Of a stretch of DNA of 64,000 nt, positions 21,219-31,881 are shown in pieces. A program made the translations under genes and the position numbers. Source of the DNA: Candidatus Bathyarchaeota archaeon (GTDB lineage Archaea > Thermoproteota > Bathyarchaeia > Bathyarchaeales > Bathycorpusculaceae); contig CAVZIW010000015.1 of assembly GCA_963775465.1 (NCBI GenBank), forward strand, positions 1 through 64,000, read 5' to 3'. Numbering within the stretch: position 1 is the stretch's first letter; the number at the start of each line of letters is the position of its first letter. The notes under the pieces are model-generated. The model saw nothing but the letters and a program-made list of their open reading frames with translations, was not told the origin of the DNA and ran no database searches.

Positions 21219-21627
21219 CGCATATTTCTCTCAGTCTCAAATAATACAGGGTGAACTAATTTCTTATAAGTATTATGACTTAATACTACATACAATATGT
21301 TGGGGCGTTACCTACGACAAAAAACTTTTCTATATGGCTCTAACCGAATCAATCCCTTAGTACAATGATTCAACCCACTACTAATTTTCCAAAGCCAATG
21401 AATCCCTAAAACATGAAAATTGAACTTGGTCTGTAGATGTGTAGAACATAAATACAAAAAGAAATTCTGACAGGTGAATTCTTTGGCAAATGACCTGCGG
21501 TTTCTTCATTTCAACTAAGTATATCGCACGCCTCAAAAATATGGCAGCTCTGAATTGTTGATTGCAGATTCATAAACCATAATAGCGCTGGCAGCCAAAA
21601 TGAAATAACGACAAGGGATACGTCAGA

Positions 21628-22212
21628 ATGAAAAAGGTCAAGATCTTCCTAACGTTACTCACAATCGCAATAGTTGTCGCGCCAATTGCCATAGAGGTTC
21701 TACTGTATCATGACAATTTGCTTGGCTTAATAATCCCATCAGAGATTACTGACATAGTTTCTGGTAATGATGGTGGCAACTCTAATGGCAATAGCAATGG
21801 TCTTGATAGTTTACTAAACTCAGAATTTGAAATGCCTCAACCTGTTGGTGATCCTCATTATGATCCGGCAACCAAAACTGTAGCCTACACCTTTAGTTTT
21901 ACGAATCCTCTGCCTACAGCTATCGAAGTTGATGATGTTCGAGCGGGTATTATCTCGCATAACGATGGTTTTTTCATAGGCAACATGACAATTGACGAAC
22001 CATTAAAGTTGGATCCAGGACAAACAGCGGATATCACTGCCCTTCTAATATTATCTGATGACGCAATAAACTACCTTGAAACTAAGTCTGAAACTCAAAG
22101 CTCAATTAATATTGATCTTGTGGATTTGAATGTTAATTTGGCGGGACTTCAGGTTCAACTTGATAGGCAAAATGTCGGGGATTTTGACATCCCCTCACAG
22201 GTATTTGGGTGA
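21628..22212 (+). CDS. Membrane-anchored hypothetical protein
   Basis: N-terminal TM and beta-rich body (FSFTNP); overlaps the next gene by 4 nt. Confidence 0.75.
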   Translation: MKKVKIFLTLLTIAIVVAPIAIEVLLYHDNLLGLIIPSEITDIVSGNDGGNSNGNSNGLDSLLNSEFEMPQPVGDPHYDPATKTVAYTFSFTNPLPTAIEVDDVRAGIISHNDGFFIGNMTIDEPLKLDPGQTADITALLILSDDAINYLETKSETQSSINIDLVDLNVNLAGLQVQLDRQNVGDFDIPSQVFG

Positions 22213-22790
22213 TGAAAATGAACGTTAAGCAATTCAATTGGTTTGCTCTGGTCGGGGGAATCCTGCTTCTTATTCTTCTCCCTATATCAATCTACGTATC
22301 ATGGTGGAAACTAACTGTCGGCGAAAACTTGGTGACGGTTAATGCCTCACCAGTAAATACTAATTTCAATTTAATGGGTACTCAATTCAGTCCAGCCTTA
22401 GTTTGGGCAGCTAATCTCACTAGTATTCTTACTTTCTTGGCTTGCGGAATCATAATGCTGATCTACGCGTTTATCCCCTCTAAACCTTACTCAAAAGATC
22501 TTCTGAGTTTTGCTTACAGAAAGCCACTCTACATAGTAATTATCTACATAGCCGCTCTACTGATTACAGCGTTCATAACTCAAAGTGCTCTTGGTATCAG
22601 TGTACCTATATCGGGAACCTCAACTATCGCTCTGCCTCAAAACCTGACAATGGGCGCACACATTAGCGTGGTGATCTCCTCAGCATTCCAGTGGCCTTTC
22701 TGGCTTGCCATAGTTGCGGCGGGACTTTTCATAACTGCAAGAATTTACCACACAAAACTTTCCTCTTCAGCACTTAAACAGACGCCTTAA
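22209..22790 (+). CDS. Multi-TM hypothetical membrane protein
   Basis: Four hydrophobic segments; coupled to the upstream gene. Confidence 0.75.
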   Translation: MMKMNVKQFNWFALVGGILLLILLPISIYVSWWKLTVGENLVTVNASPVNTNFNLMGTQFSPALVWAANLTSILTFLACGIIMLIYAFIPSKPYSKDLLSFAYRKPLYIVIIYIAALLITAFITQSALGISVPISGTSTIALPQNLTMGAHISVVISSAFQWPFWLAIVAAGLFITARIYHTKLSSSALKQTP

Positions 22791-22999
22791 GCAAAAACAA
22801 CCGCTCCGGGAACTCCGACTACACAGTTAGAATAAAATTAAACATGTTTTTGCTCTCGTTTTAATTTTTCGAAATTCTGCCCCATAAATCTTTATTTTTA
22901 TTAATTTTTAGTTGTTTTCTTTAGGTTTTTCGATAGATAGTTACTGCATCTTTAATAGAAAGCCACACCTTTAGAAGGTCACTTAAACGGTGAATATTT

Positions 23000-23269
23000 T
23001 TGTCTCAAAAAGTTTATGGAAAAATAACCAATTACCGAACAGGCCCTAACTCACAAATATCAAATGAATGCCTAATAGAATTTCAAGGCATAAATTCTAA
23101 ATCCTTAGCAGGCAAGTTAATCGGGCAAAAAGTCGCTTGGAAATCTGGAAAAAGCAACATTCTTGGAAAAATCAAAGGTCTCCATGGCAAAAACGGCATG
23201 GTTAAAGTTAAATTCCGCAAAGGAGTTCCCGGTCAAGCAATAGGTTCAACTGTTGAACTAATGAGCTAA
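23000..23269 (+). CDS. rpl35ae: 50S ribosomal protein L35Ae
   Basis: GKITNYRTG, LIGQKVAW, GKI...HGKNG.V.VKF..GVPGQAIG. Confidence 0.93.
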   Translation: MSQKVYGKITNYRTGPNSQISNECLIEFQGINSKSLAGKLIGQKVAWKSGKSNILGKIKGLHGKNGMVKVKFRKGVPGQAIGSTVELMS

Positions 23270-23339
23270 AACTGATCCTAACTACTTCCGGTAGATATCT
23301 TTTGGGCTTTTTACCCAAGTTAAAATAATTAAATATCAG

Positions 23340-23591
23340 GTGAAGAAAATCAAGACAATTAAAGGTTGGAGGCAGCTAGATCACCAAGGCGGCTACCTCA
23401 ATGAATGTACAGGGCAAACCCTGATCATTACAAAAAAACAATTCAGCAGCAACTATCATGTCTTGATCTTTGTCGCGGAACAAACGGATGAAAAAGACGG
23501 CAAAAAAATTTCACCCAATTTTTCAACTGAACCTAAAGCCGAAGCTTACGCCTTTAAGCTAATGACTAAACATCCTAACGGGATAGCTTGA
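23340..23591 (+). CDS. Hypothetical protein
   Basis: 83 aa ORF with a plausible GTG start and composition. Confidence 0.6.
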   Translation: MKKIKTIKGWRQLDHQGGYLNECTGQTLIITKKQFSSNYHVLIFVAEQTDEKDGKKISPNFSTEPKAEAYAFKLMTKHPNGIA

Positions 23592-23838
23592 TACTTATAG
23601 TATGGACTCTTGTTCTTTCTTTTTGTCCGCAAGGATAAAAGAGAAAAATTAAAATTTAATCTCTTATTGCGAATTTGGTTTTGTTGTTTGAGCAAGGCAT
23701 CATTGAACTAACATTATACTCGTAAACAGTTGCATTGGGAAAGAATCTATACTTTGGCAGAACAAAAACAACATATAATCCTCAACCTTTAGCTATTTAT
23801 ATTGCATCCTAAATCTATTTTATTAGAGATTGGTTTGT

Positions 23839-25005
23839 ATGGTTGGCAAAATTAAAGTAGGCGATAAGGCGCCCAATTTCTGCTTGCCCGACGTAGAGAA
23901 TAGACCCAGAAACCTAAAGGAGTTCTTGGGACAAAAAGTCATCTTGGTTTTTTCTGTTGCTGCTTTTACTTCAACATGCACCAAAGAGAAGTGTGAGTTT
24001 CGAGATTCGATGTCTCAGCTGATTAATTTGAAAGCTCAAGTAGCCGGAATAGACGTCAATGTTCCCTTCGTAAATAAAGCGCTTGCCAAGCAACGGAGGT
24101 TAAACTTTCCAATACTTAGCGATTACAATCGTGAAGTAATCAAGCTATTCGGTCTCGAAGAACCTGATTCCTTAGATGCTCAAGGAGAACTTAGACCTTC
24201 AATTTTCGTGCTCAATGAAAACGGCATCGTACTTTACATGTGGCTTTCTAACGATCAGGTTCTTGAACCGAATTTTGAAGAAATAAAGAGAATTTTAGCT
24301 AACGGCAGATCGGAAGATCAAGCGTCAAGAGTTACGCGTACTGTCATTACGATTTCAAGACAGACAGGCAGTGGAGGCGACGAAGTTGCCCAGAAATTAA
24401 GCAAGATTCTTGGTTACTCCTACTTTGATAAGAATTTGTTGGTGAGCGAGGCTAAAAGCATCGGTGTTCCTGAACATGAAATTGCGGACTTTCCTGAACA
24501 TGATTACCAAGTCAAGAGTGTTGTGGATAAAATTTTGCTTCGCAAAAGACCTGTAGCGATTTCTCTTGCCTCAAAAGACAATGCAATAGTTAGCAGGGCT
24601 CTTGACGAGGAGGATTGTTTGTCTGTTATTCGGGCGGTCATCAATAGCTTAGCCAGCAAAGGAAAAACAGTTATTGTGGGACGAGGAGGGCAAGCAATAT
24701 TGAAGAACAAAGCAAACGTTCTCCATGTTAGAATAGTTGCTCCCACGACGGTTAGGGTTAAAAATATCATGAAAAACCGCGGTCTAAACAAAGAAGAAGC
24801 TTTGAAGTTAATTGAAGACACAGACAAAGCAGAAGCTGAATACTTGCAGAGATTCTACAATGTTGATTGGAAAGACCCCGCCATATACGATATGGTGTTG
24901 AACATGTCAAAGATGAATCTAAACGGCGCGGCAAAACTGATCGCTTCAGTAGCGTCTCCAGTGTCCAAGACCCGAAGTCCTAGCATTAAAACAAAAAAGT
25001 CTTAA
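23839..25005 (+). CDS. Fusion of peroxiredoxin-like (AhpC/TSA) and cytidylate-kinase-like domains
   Basis: N-terminal VGDKAPNF.L, AFTSTCTKE.C, LNFPILSDYN; C-terminal VITISRQTGSGG, IVGRGG, D..R-like/YL.RFY..DW.DP..YD. Confidence 0.85.
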   Translation: MVGKIKVGDKAPNFCLPDVENRPRNLKEFLGQKVILVFSVAAFTSTCTKEKCEFRDSMSQLINLKAQVAGIDVNVPFVNKALAKQRRLNFPILSDYNREVIKLFGLEEPDSLDAQGELRPSIFVLNENGIVLYMWLSNDQVLEPNFEEIKRILANGRSEDQASRVTRTVITISRQTGSGGDEVAQKLSKILGYSYFDKNLLVSEAKSIGVPEHEIADFPEHDYQVKSVVDKILLRKRPVAISLASKDNAIVSRALDEEDCLSVIRAVINSLASKGKTVIVGRGGQAILKNKANVLHVRIVAPTTVRVKNIMKNRGLNKEEALKLIEDTDKAEAEYLQRFYNVDWKDPAIYDMVLNMSKMNLNGAAKLIASVASPVSKTRSPSIKTKKS

Positions 25006-25341
25006 AAAACAATATTCCCTTTTTACCTCTGTCTTCTTCAACTCTTGAAGAGATATTAAAAATTAATTTTTTATCTTTATTCTTAACAATTTAGTTTGCA
25101 TCAAAAAAATCTCTGGTTAAATTTTTGCTAAACTTGTTTAAATATTATGTCGCAGTGGATTGTGTTCAATTAAGGCGTCGGGTAATTCACTGAGTTTGGT
25201 AACTCTGGCATAGGTATCTTTTGATGCTGTCGAGGTTGCTCTGATAGCTATAGTTGGATTATTGTTTTTTTGGGAATATTGTTAACTTCAAAACTTTTCT
25301 TAAATACTTTATATTGATTCTCGATATTTAGTTGAGGTTCA

Positions 25342-26043
25342 ATGCAGGAAACTAAAACTGACGAAATTACCCTACAAGTTCAGCTAGTTATTGCCGCTTT
25401 AAACGAAGAAGAAGGCATCGGTGCAACAATCGCAGAAATGAAAGACACCTTAGGAGACATTTCAACCTTAGTTGTCGATGGCAAAAGCAAGGATAGAACG
25501 GCCGAATTAGCGAAGAACATGGGTGCAGACGTTATTTATCAAGATGGAAAAGGCAAAGGCGACGCTTTTGCAAAAGCTCTACAGCATTTAGATCAAGCTG
25601 CTAAATACATCATTCTAACTGATGCTGACTTCACTTATCCTGCAGAGTATGTTCCAGATATGATAAAGATTCTTGATGAGAATCCAGAAGTTGGTATGGT
25701 CTGTGGCAACAGATTCAACGGGCATGTTGAAAAAGAAGCGCTTCATCGCGTTTTCCATGTTGGAAACAAGTTGATAGCGTTTGCACATAGATTGCTAAAT
25801 GACGTTGAACTCGAGGATCCGTTGACTGGTTTAAGAGTGATTCGAGTTGATGCATTGCGTGGCTGGCAGATAAAATCAAAGGGGTTCGACATAGAAGTTG
25901 AACTCAACAACTATGTTCTAAGAAAAGGCTATAGTGTAAAAGAGATTTTGATTGACTACAGAGAAAGAGTGGGAAAGAAAAAGCTTAAGGCACGAGATGG
26001 TTTTGCTATTTTCAAGAGGATACTAAAAGATGCCTTTTTTTGA
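25342..26043 (+). CDS. GT2 glycosyltransferase (DPM1-like)
   Basis: ALNEE, VVDG.S.D.T, GKG, DAD.TY, D.LTG.R, F.IEVE. Confidence 0.92.
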   Translation: MQETKTDEITLQVQLVIAALNEEEGIGATIAEMKDTLGDISTLVVDGKSKDRTAELAKNMGADVIYQDGKGKGDAFAKALQHLDQAAKYIILTDADFTYPAEYVPDMIKILDENPEVGMVCGNRFNGHVEKEALHRVFHVGNKLIAFAHRLLNDVELEDPLTGLRVIRVDALRGWQIKSKGFDIEVELNNYVLRKGYSVKEILIDYRERVGKKKLKARDGFAIFKRILKDAFF

Positions 26044-26278
26044 ATATTTATCTAGTTTAAGCACATAGTCTTAGCAGAACTAGTTGCGCATCAATTTTTG
26101 GGTTTGGAAATAAATTCTAGTGCCCATTCTTCTCTGCCAACAGCTACAGGGTAACAGTAACCATAACAGGAACATACAAAGAAATAGTCAAGAAAATCAA
26201 CTGAAGTATTAACATAAATGCAATCCAAACACCCATATAGTGGATGGTTCTGCTAGAGTCTTGAGTTGTATTTTGTTT

Positions 26279-26635
26279 ATGTCAAAGAATTTACCTAATA
26301 GAAAGAAGCACCAAGCAGTTGCAAGGATTTTAAGGACGGTGCCATACGAGGATGGTTTCATTTTTTATATTGATATTGGTCAACCTACCAAAAATATTGC
26401 TTCAAGTCTAGAGCAATTCGCTAAGGAACTTTAAGTTGTCGACACAAAGTCAATTGACTTTCATTTTAAGAGAGCAGCCTTTCAAAAATGGGTTGGAAAA
26501 AATTTGGAAGATATCGAATTAACCCGTAGATTGGACAAAATTCCAAAAGACATGGTTGGCGAGCTACTGAGAATAAAGATTGTTGAAATTGTAAAAAATC
26601 GAAAAGATGAACTTATAAAGTTTCAACTTTCATAA
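26279..26635 (+). pseudogene. DUF5752-like protein interrupted by an in-frame TAA at 26432-26434
   Basis: ILRTVPYEDGFIFY..IG...ASSLEQFAKEL*VVDTKSIDFHFKRAAFQKWV...LEDIELTRRL continues in frame after the stop. Confidence 0.75.
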
Positions 26636-26761
26636 CTGCCCTTAGTTTAACAACAAACAAAGCGAACTTGAAGCTCTTAGAAAAAAATTTTTCAGGTTAA
26701 AAATAGAAAGTCCGCTACTATCCCAAGGAAGAATGTGCCCTTGAAAATCAATTTTTTTCAG

Positions 26762-27604
26762 TTACAACTTTGTATTTAGCAATAGGTTTCTTTCTTTGAA
26801 GAATTCTAATGCTTCTTTCTTGTCCTTATGTTCAAAATCTCTATAGAGAACATCTATGAGGTCTTCCAAAGCAATCCATCTTACTGCTAACACGTTGTCT
26901 CTGATAGTTGAAAGACTTCTCCACTCAATGTCTTCCTTTATCTTTTCTGGGTCAGTGTATTCCTTAATCTTGTAATAGTATAGTCTGCTTTTCTTGTCAA
27001 AGAATCTGCGAGGAGACGATAGAATAATCAGTACTTCTTTGCCATTGTGTTCATTGAGTTCTAATCCAACGTCGATTAGTCTTGCCAATTGATTTCTGGA
27101 GGGGTTAAATGTAGTGTCGTATGCGATGTCTGAGGTGAACTTGATTTCGAAAAAGATAAGCATCTTGTCTGTTTCTATAAATGTGTCAACGTGTGTGTTT
27201 GATTCCAGTCGTTGATTTGGCTTATGTGCGTTGGCTTGGTCTCTAATGTATTTCACAGGGTGATTTTTCACGTCATCCCTTATCCATTTCAAGTAGCCTT
27301 TTGGCGGTCTGCATTGTCGTTCCAGACCTACATCAACCACATTCTCTTCATATGCACTTACGTTAACCAAGCCAAGTATTCTGTTAATTAAGCCGACCTT
27401 GTTTAGACTCAATACCAAGGGCGAAAAGGTGTAGAAGGCTATGAGTTCTTCGGCTTTGTCGTATTGGTTCAGGTAAGCCTCCAAGTTCAGGTTAGTTGGG
27501 TTTCTTGCTATGTTTGAGTTATCAACCCACGCGGTTAATTTTTTTAAGCGGTCTTCTGGTGGATTGAAACAAGTCTTTATGGCTTCTTTGAAAAGTAACC
27601 TCAT
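26762..27604 (-). CDS. Putative PD-(D/E)XK nuclease
   Basis: THVD-x9-FEIK motif (THVDTFIETDKMLIFFEIKF) followed by RNQLAR. Confidence 0.7.
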   Translation of the reverse strand: MRLLFKEAIKTCFNPPEDRLKKLTAWVDNSNIARNPTNLNLEAYLNQYDKAEELIAFYTFSPLVLSLNKVGLINRILGLVNVSAYEENVVDVGLERQCRPPKGYLKWIRDDVKNHPVKYIRDQANAHKPNQRLESNTHVDTFIETDKMLIFFEIKFTSDIAYDTTFNPSRNQLARLIDVGLELNEHNGKEVLIILSSPRRFFDKKSRLYYYKIKEYTDPEKIKEDIEWRSLSTIRDNVLAVRWIALEDLIDVLYRDFEHKDKKEALEFFKERNLLLNTKL

Positions 27605-28020
27605 AGAGATTTGTTAAGTGACAACTGCTATTTTTCTTTTTCAGATAGCCAAGCCCAGATACTTGTCTATTTTGTATTTGGTAGTTTGTGTGTGTTTTCT
27701 ATTTTTGTTTTTTGGAGAGAGAGTTGTTTAGTTTGAGTTGGGGATTATTATGTTTTAATTGAAAGAAAATGGCAATATAGAAATGTATGCTTGCTATACT
27801 TTGTATTGAGAGAATTTTGTGACTCATCTTAGATATTTTGATTCTCCTAATTGTGGGGGCTGCATGTATAAAGGAAGCAGTTATTGCTGGGGGCAATGCT
27901 CCCTAAACATTTGGAAAAAAGAACGAGAGTATTGATAATATTGAAATTTTTTATTTGCAAAAGCTTGCAGATGCTATATCTAAAGTTTTCTTGCTTTTTG
28001 CAAATTAATAACTTTAGAAG

Positions 28021-28350
28021 TTGAATACAGTTTTGGAAAAGACTAACAAACTCGATGTAAAAGTGGTTAACTTCAAAGGGTGTACACCAATTCAGGATGT
28101 TAATGTCAAAGTTTTCAAAATAGAAAAAGAACCAATAACACCAGAACAATGGGCTGAGAATCTGAAAAATGGATCTCCCTTCAAGAGTTTGGTTCTCTCC
28201 ATGAACACCGACAACAATGGTAAAATAACTGCCCAGATTCCATGGGGTTCTTACGAAGTTAAAGTAGAAAAATACGGGTTAAATCAGGTTTGCGAATTAA
28301 ACCAAAATATTGAAGTTCTTTTAATTGTACCAAAAAAGCATTGGTCGTAA
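28021..28350 (+). CDS. Hypothetical beta-sandwich (carboxypeptidase-regulatory-like) protein
   Basis: VKVVN..G.PI..VNV...TDNNG....IPWGSYEVKVEK. Confidence 0.65.
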   Translation: MNTVLEKTNKLDVKVVNFKGCTPIQDVNVKVFKIEKEPITPEQWAENLKNGSPFKSLVLSMNTDNNGKITAQIPWGSYEVKVEKYGLNQVCELNQNIEVLLIVPKKHWS

Positions 28351-28666
28351 AAGCTTGAATCTTGTTAGAAGAAAATATTATAAAAATTTATCTAATGTAG
28401 CTTTGGCTGAATTCTAAATTAAACCCTTTTTTATAAAAATCTTTGACAAAGCTTAGTCCAAAAAACTTGACGACCTTTTAAAATATGTTTTCTCATATTG
28501 TTGTATCGTGTTGTGTTGTTGTGGGGGCTTAACGGTTAGTAGTACAGTAAGATTTTTTAGATTTAGAGAGAGCTTAAAAATTAATCTGCAAACCCAAACG
28601 ATTAATCAAGCACTCACACATAACATTATTTTTAACCAATGAATAAAATAAGGGTTCTTTTAAGAC

Positions 28667-28963
28667 TCATTTTTTAAAGCTCATTAGAACTTTTCTTTTA
28701 TCCAAATAGGCTATTAGGAGCAATATTATGATTGCAAGTAAAACTACGGTTCCAGTAGTGGAGAGTATTGCATGGATCAAGTAGTAAGCTGTTTTTAGAT
28801 GTACATACAGATAAAAATTATTTATTGCATCGATAATTAATATTGCTTCTAAAGCTAGAATGCCTATTACGGTTAGTCGGTCTTTAGTTTTTTGTTTTAA
28901 TGGATTTATCTTTTTTAACGCCTCTTGAGATTGTGGGATTTTAGATTCTTGGTATAGCTGATT
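28667..28963 (-). pseudogene. Startless two-TM membrane ORF, possibly frameshifted from a CTG at 28971
   Basis: 99-codon open frame with DRLTVIGILALEAILII and VVLLAIIILLLIAY; TAA immediately upstream inside an A-run. Confidence 0.3.
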
Positions 28964-29218
28964 TTACTCAGTATAGGTGATTTTTATGGCTCAACTTCTT
29001 TGAGCTCTACGCAGCTAATAGGTCCGAAGGTGAGTATTATATCCACGAATGAGTTTTAACTTTTTTCTCAAAAATAGAGGAGAGAGAGTAATAGTAAGTA
29101 GAAATTAGTTTTAGAGAGAAAGATCAAAATTTAATCCCCCAAACCTAACTATCTAATTACCCTCTAACTGACTCTCTCAACAAAAAATGCTATTTAGCTT
29201 TAAGCCGCTAAAAACCAG

Positions 29219-29749
29219 TTATTTTTGTTTATGATTCAAGCGTTTTATTCTGATGAATTTGTAGGCTATTGGAGCATAGACTGCTGCAATTCCCATAACT
29301 ATAGCATACAATCCCAATAATATGCGAGCAATTTCATTTGAAATCCATTGCACCAAGAATTTTAGAAAACCAGGTAACAATTCTGCAAAATACGTAAAAT
29401 CAAAGGGAAAGACCACTACCAGCCAAGTTGTAGCCACAGCAATAAAGATGATTCCGCCAAAAGCATCAAACAGTCGAGAGAGGAGTCTTTTGCCAAGTAT
29501 ACCTTCTAATCCAGATGTAATAATCCAAGAAACCCAAGAACCATAGAGCATAATCATCTCTGTCGTGCCAAATCTTGAAGTGAAGAAACCTGTTGACCAT
29601 ACCTGATGAGCGGCCAAATACAAAATCATCAAAACGCTACCAGTAAAAAAGAATCCAACGCTAACAATGCGTTCGTTTTTTGGAATGCCTTTATCTGCTT
29701 CTGCCTTTCCTCTTGAAAGCCAGTTCTCCTTGGGTTCAGTGGTATTCAG
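29219..29749 (-). CDS. Membrane protein with probable CTG start
   Basis: ORF 29219..29632 extends in frame to CTG 29749, preceded by GGAGG. Confidence 0.7.
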   Translation of the reverse strand: MNTTEPKENWLSRGKAEADKGIPKNERIVSVGFFFTGSVLMILYLAAHQVWSTGFFTSRFGTTEMIMLYGSWVSWIITSGLEGILGKRLLSRLFDAFGGIIFIAVATTWLVVVFPFDFTYFAELLPGFLKFLVQWISNEIARILLGLYAIVMGIAAVYAPIAYKFIRIKRLNHKQK

Positions 29750-30246
29750 TTTAGAGCCTCCTTCATTTTTTGCATTTCCTGGATAAGCACCTCAGCAAAA
29801 ATGAAAACCAGTTAAGGCCACAATGATACTCATACTAAATCTCTTGTTTATACGTTTTCTCAGTCAGTATCTAAGTTCTCATTTCTATATTGTTTTGATT
29901 TTTCTGGTTTTTTTACCCTTTCCATCAAAGCGGTAATAGGGGAAATTTCAGCAAAACCTGCAACAAAAGCACCTTGGGATACTTATTCTTCATAGCTTGG
30001 AAAAAGAAAGAAATGGAATTATACCGTGAGATGGCCAAAACTCAAACAATCAACAAGGTACCCAATTATCTAGACTTGCGCATGAACGATAATAAACGAG
30101 CCTGTTGAGCCATAATGTCTATTGTTATTATGAGCAAATAACTCACTTTTGTCGGCAACATCACGATAGATGTGTGTGCATTATAGTTTAATCCCTATCT
30201 CAACCAATCATCATAGTTAGTTTTATAAACAAAATTCTACACCATA

Positions 30247-30711
30247 TTGTCAGGGATATTTTTGGGATCGTTGAAAACCATTATTGATGAGCTGACAAAA
30301 CATAGTCTTTTGAAGTACTTCATTATTCTTTGGGGTGCATCGATGTTTCTGTATGCGGTGTGTAGCCTTGGCACATATGGATTTGGTGTTGAAGATGCCT
30401 ATGATGTCTTATGGATATTGGGCAATCTGTTCAACTTAGCTGCTGGCGTCTTATTGATGCTGTTTGGGATAAAGCTGCTGAGCGCTAATTTCCTATCTGG
30501 ACTGAATGTTGAAAAAACGTTAGTTTACTTCCTGCTATTATGGGCTGGGCAATTCTTTTTCTGGGGCTTATCTGACTTACTCTACTATGAAGGGATAGTA
30601 TGTCTCTTGGCTTCTTTTGTTCACTTGATTGCAGGAATAGTATTAGCATTGTTTGCTTGGAAGTTGCTAACTGAAAAAGAACCAACTACACCGCCTCCGC
30701 CACCAACTTAG
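30247..30711 (+). CDS. Four-TM membrane protein with internal duplication and polyproline tail
   Basis: YFIILWGA..LAAGVLL repeated as YFLLLWAG..LIAGIVL; ends PPPPPT. Confidence 0.75.
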   Translation: MSGIFLGSLKTIIDELTKHSLLKYFIILWGASMFLYAVCSLGTYGFGVEDAYDVLWILGNLFNLAAGVLLMLFGIKLLSANFLSGLNVEKTLVYFLLLWAGQFFFWGLSDLLYYEGIVCLLASFVHLIAGIVLALFAWKLLTEKEPTTPPPPPT

Positions 30712-30917
30712 GAATACCAAAGAAAAACTCCTTTTTTTTCAATTGTCTGTTTTTAATTTTAATCGAACCCAATCCACTAAAATTGCAGCTTTCTAGCAAA
30801 AAACAAGTCATATTGAAACCGAAACTAAACTGCTGATACAAATGAGAATCATGAGAAGAAAGCTCAGATTACTCAACAAATTTTAATGACGCTTAAAAAA
30901 TACTATGGGGGAAGTAA

Positions 30918-31193
30918 ATGAGTTTCGAAATAATGATTGAAATGGCTATCGGAATTGGATTGATAGCCACAACAACACTCTTGTTTGCAATTGTCCTGTT
31001 GGCATACCGAAGAATACGAACAACTCGGATGTTATTCGTAACATTGGGGTTCGGAACTTTCTTTATCGCGGCAATTTTGCATATTCCTAAAATTCTAAGT
31101 GAACAATATAGCTTTATGATGCCAGAAAACGTGTTTCTTCTCTTTCAGCTAGTAGGTTTAATTTTTATTGTTATCGGTGTGCTAAAGGATTAG
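30918..31193 (+). CDS. Small three-TM protein
   Basis: LAYRR.R..RMLFVTLGF; 5 nt from the downstream wHTH gene. Confidence 0.75.
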   Translation: MSFEIMIEMAIGIGLIATTTLLFAIVLLAYRRIRTTRMLFVTLGFGTFFIAAILHIPKILSEQYSFMMPENVFLLFQLVGLIFIVIGVLKD

Positions 31194-31198
31194 GAGAC

Positions 31199-31753
31199 AT
31201 GTTTAAGAAAATTGTGCTTAAAAATTCAAAAAGAAAAAAAATTTTTGATCTTATCAAAAGCAATCCGGGACTTCACCTCAGAGAACTTCAAAGAAGATCA
31301 AAAATGGCCCTTTCATCTCTAGAATACCATGTCGACTATATGGCTAGACACAACGTAATATATCGAGAAAGAGAGGGCGGTTTCACACGATATTTTGCTC
31401 AGCAACCTACAGAAGAGGAACATAAACTTATTTCAGCATTAAGACATGAGAAGATGCGAGAAATCGTATTAATCGTTCTCGAGAAAAAAGTAGCAAAATT
31501 TCAAGATTTAAAGGATTATTTGAATCTTCCTTCTTCTACGCTCTCTTATTATCTCAAATATTTGATGGATAATTGCATCTTGATTAAACAACAGATTGGC
31601 TACGAAAGCGTCTATTCAATTCAAGATCAAAACGTCAGAAAAGCCCTTCTTATGGCCGAGTCAAGCTTCACCGACAAGCTCATCGACAAAGTCTTGCGTT
31701 CATTTATGGAAACAGACTTCAAAAACCTAGCCCGAAAAACAACTAAAGATTAA
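31199..31753 (+). CDS. Double winged-HTH transcriptional regulator
   Basis: R..IF..I..NPGLHLREL...SSLEYH and a second HTH with SSTLSYYL. Confidence 0.88.
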   Translation: MFKKIVLKNSKRKKIFDLIKSNPGLHLRELQRRSKMALSSLEYHVDYMARHNVIYREREGGFTRYFAQQPTEEEHKLISALRHEKMREIVLIVLEKKVAKFQDLKDYLNLPSSTLSYYLKYLMDNCILIKQQIGYESVYSIQDQNVRKALLMAESSFTDKLIDKVLRSFMETDFKNLARKTTKD

Positions 31754-31881
31754 CGATACTTCCGAAACAAAAACCTCAAGAAGTGACCCATGTTTATTCA
31801 AGGTTTGTCCTAGTTTGATACAATTTCTGTCCGTCTGCATTTAAATCTACTTTTCCACCATTTTTTTCTAGGTAATAAACC

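Noticed and set aside
26432-26434. Stop-codon recoding in the DUF5752-like gene
   Set aside because: The stop is TAA, not the Sec (TGA) or Pyl (TAG) codon, and TAA terminates many genes here; a nonsense mutation or error is simpler.
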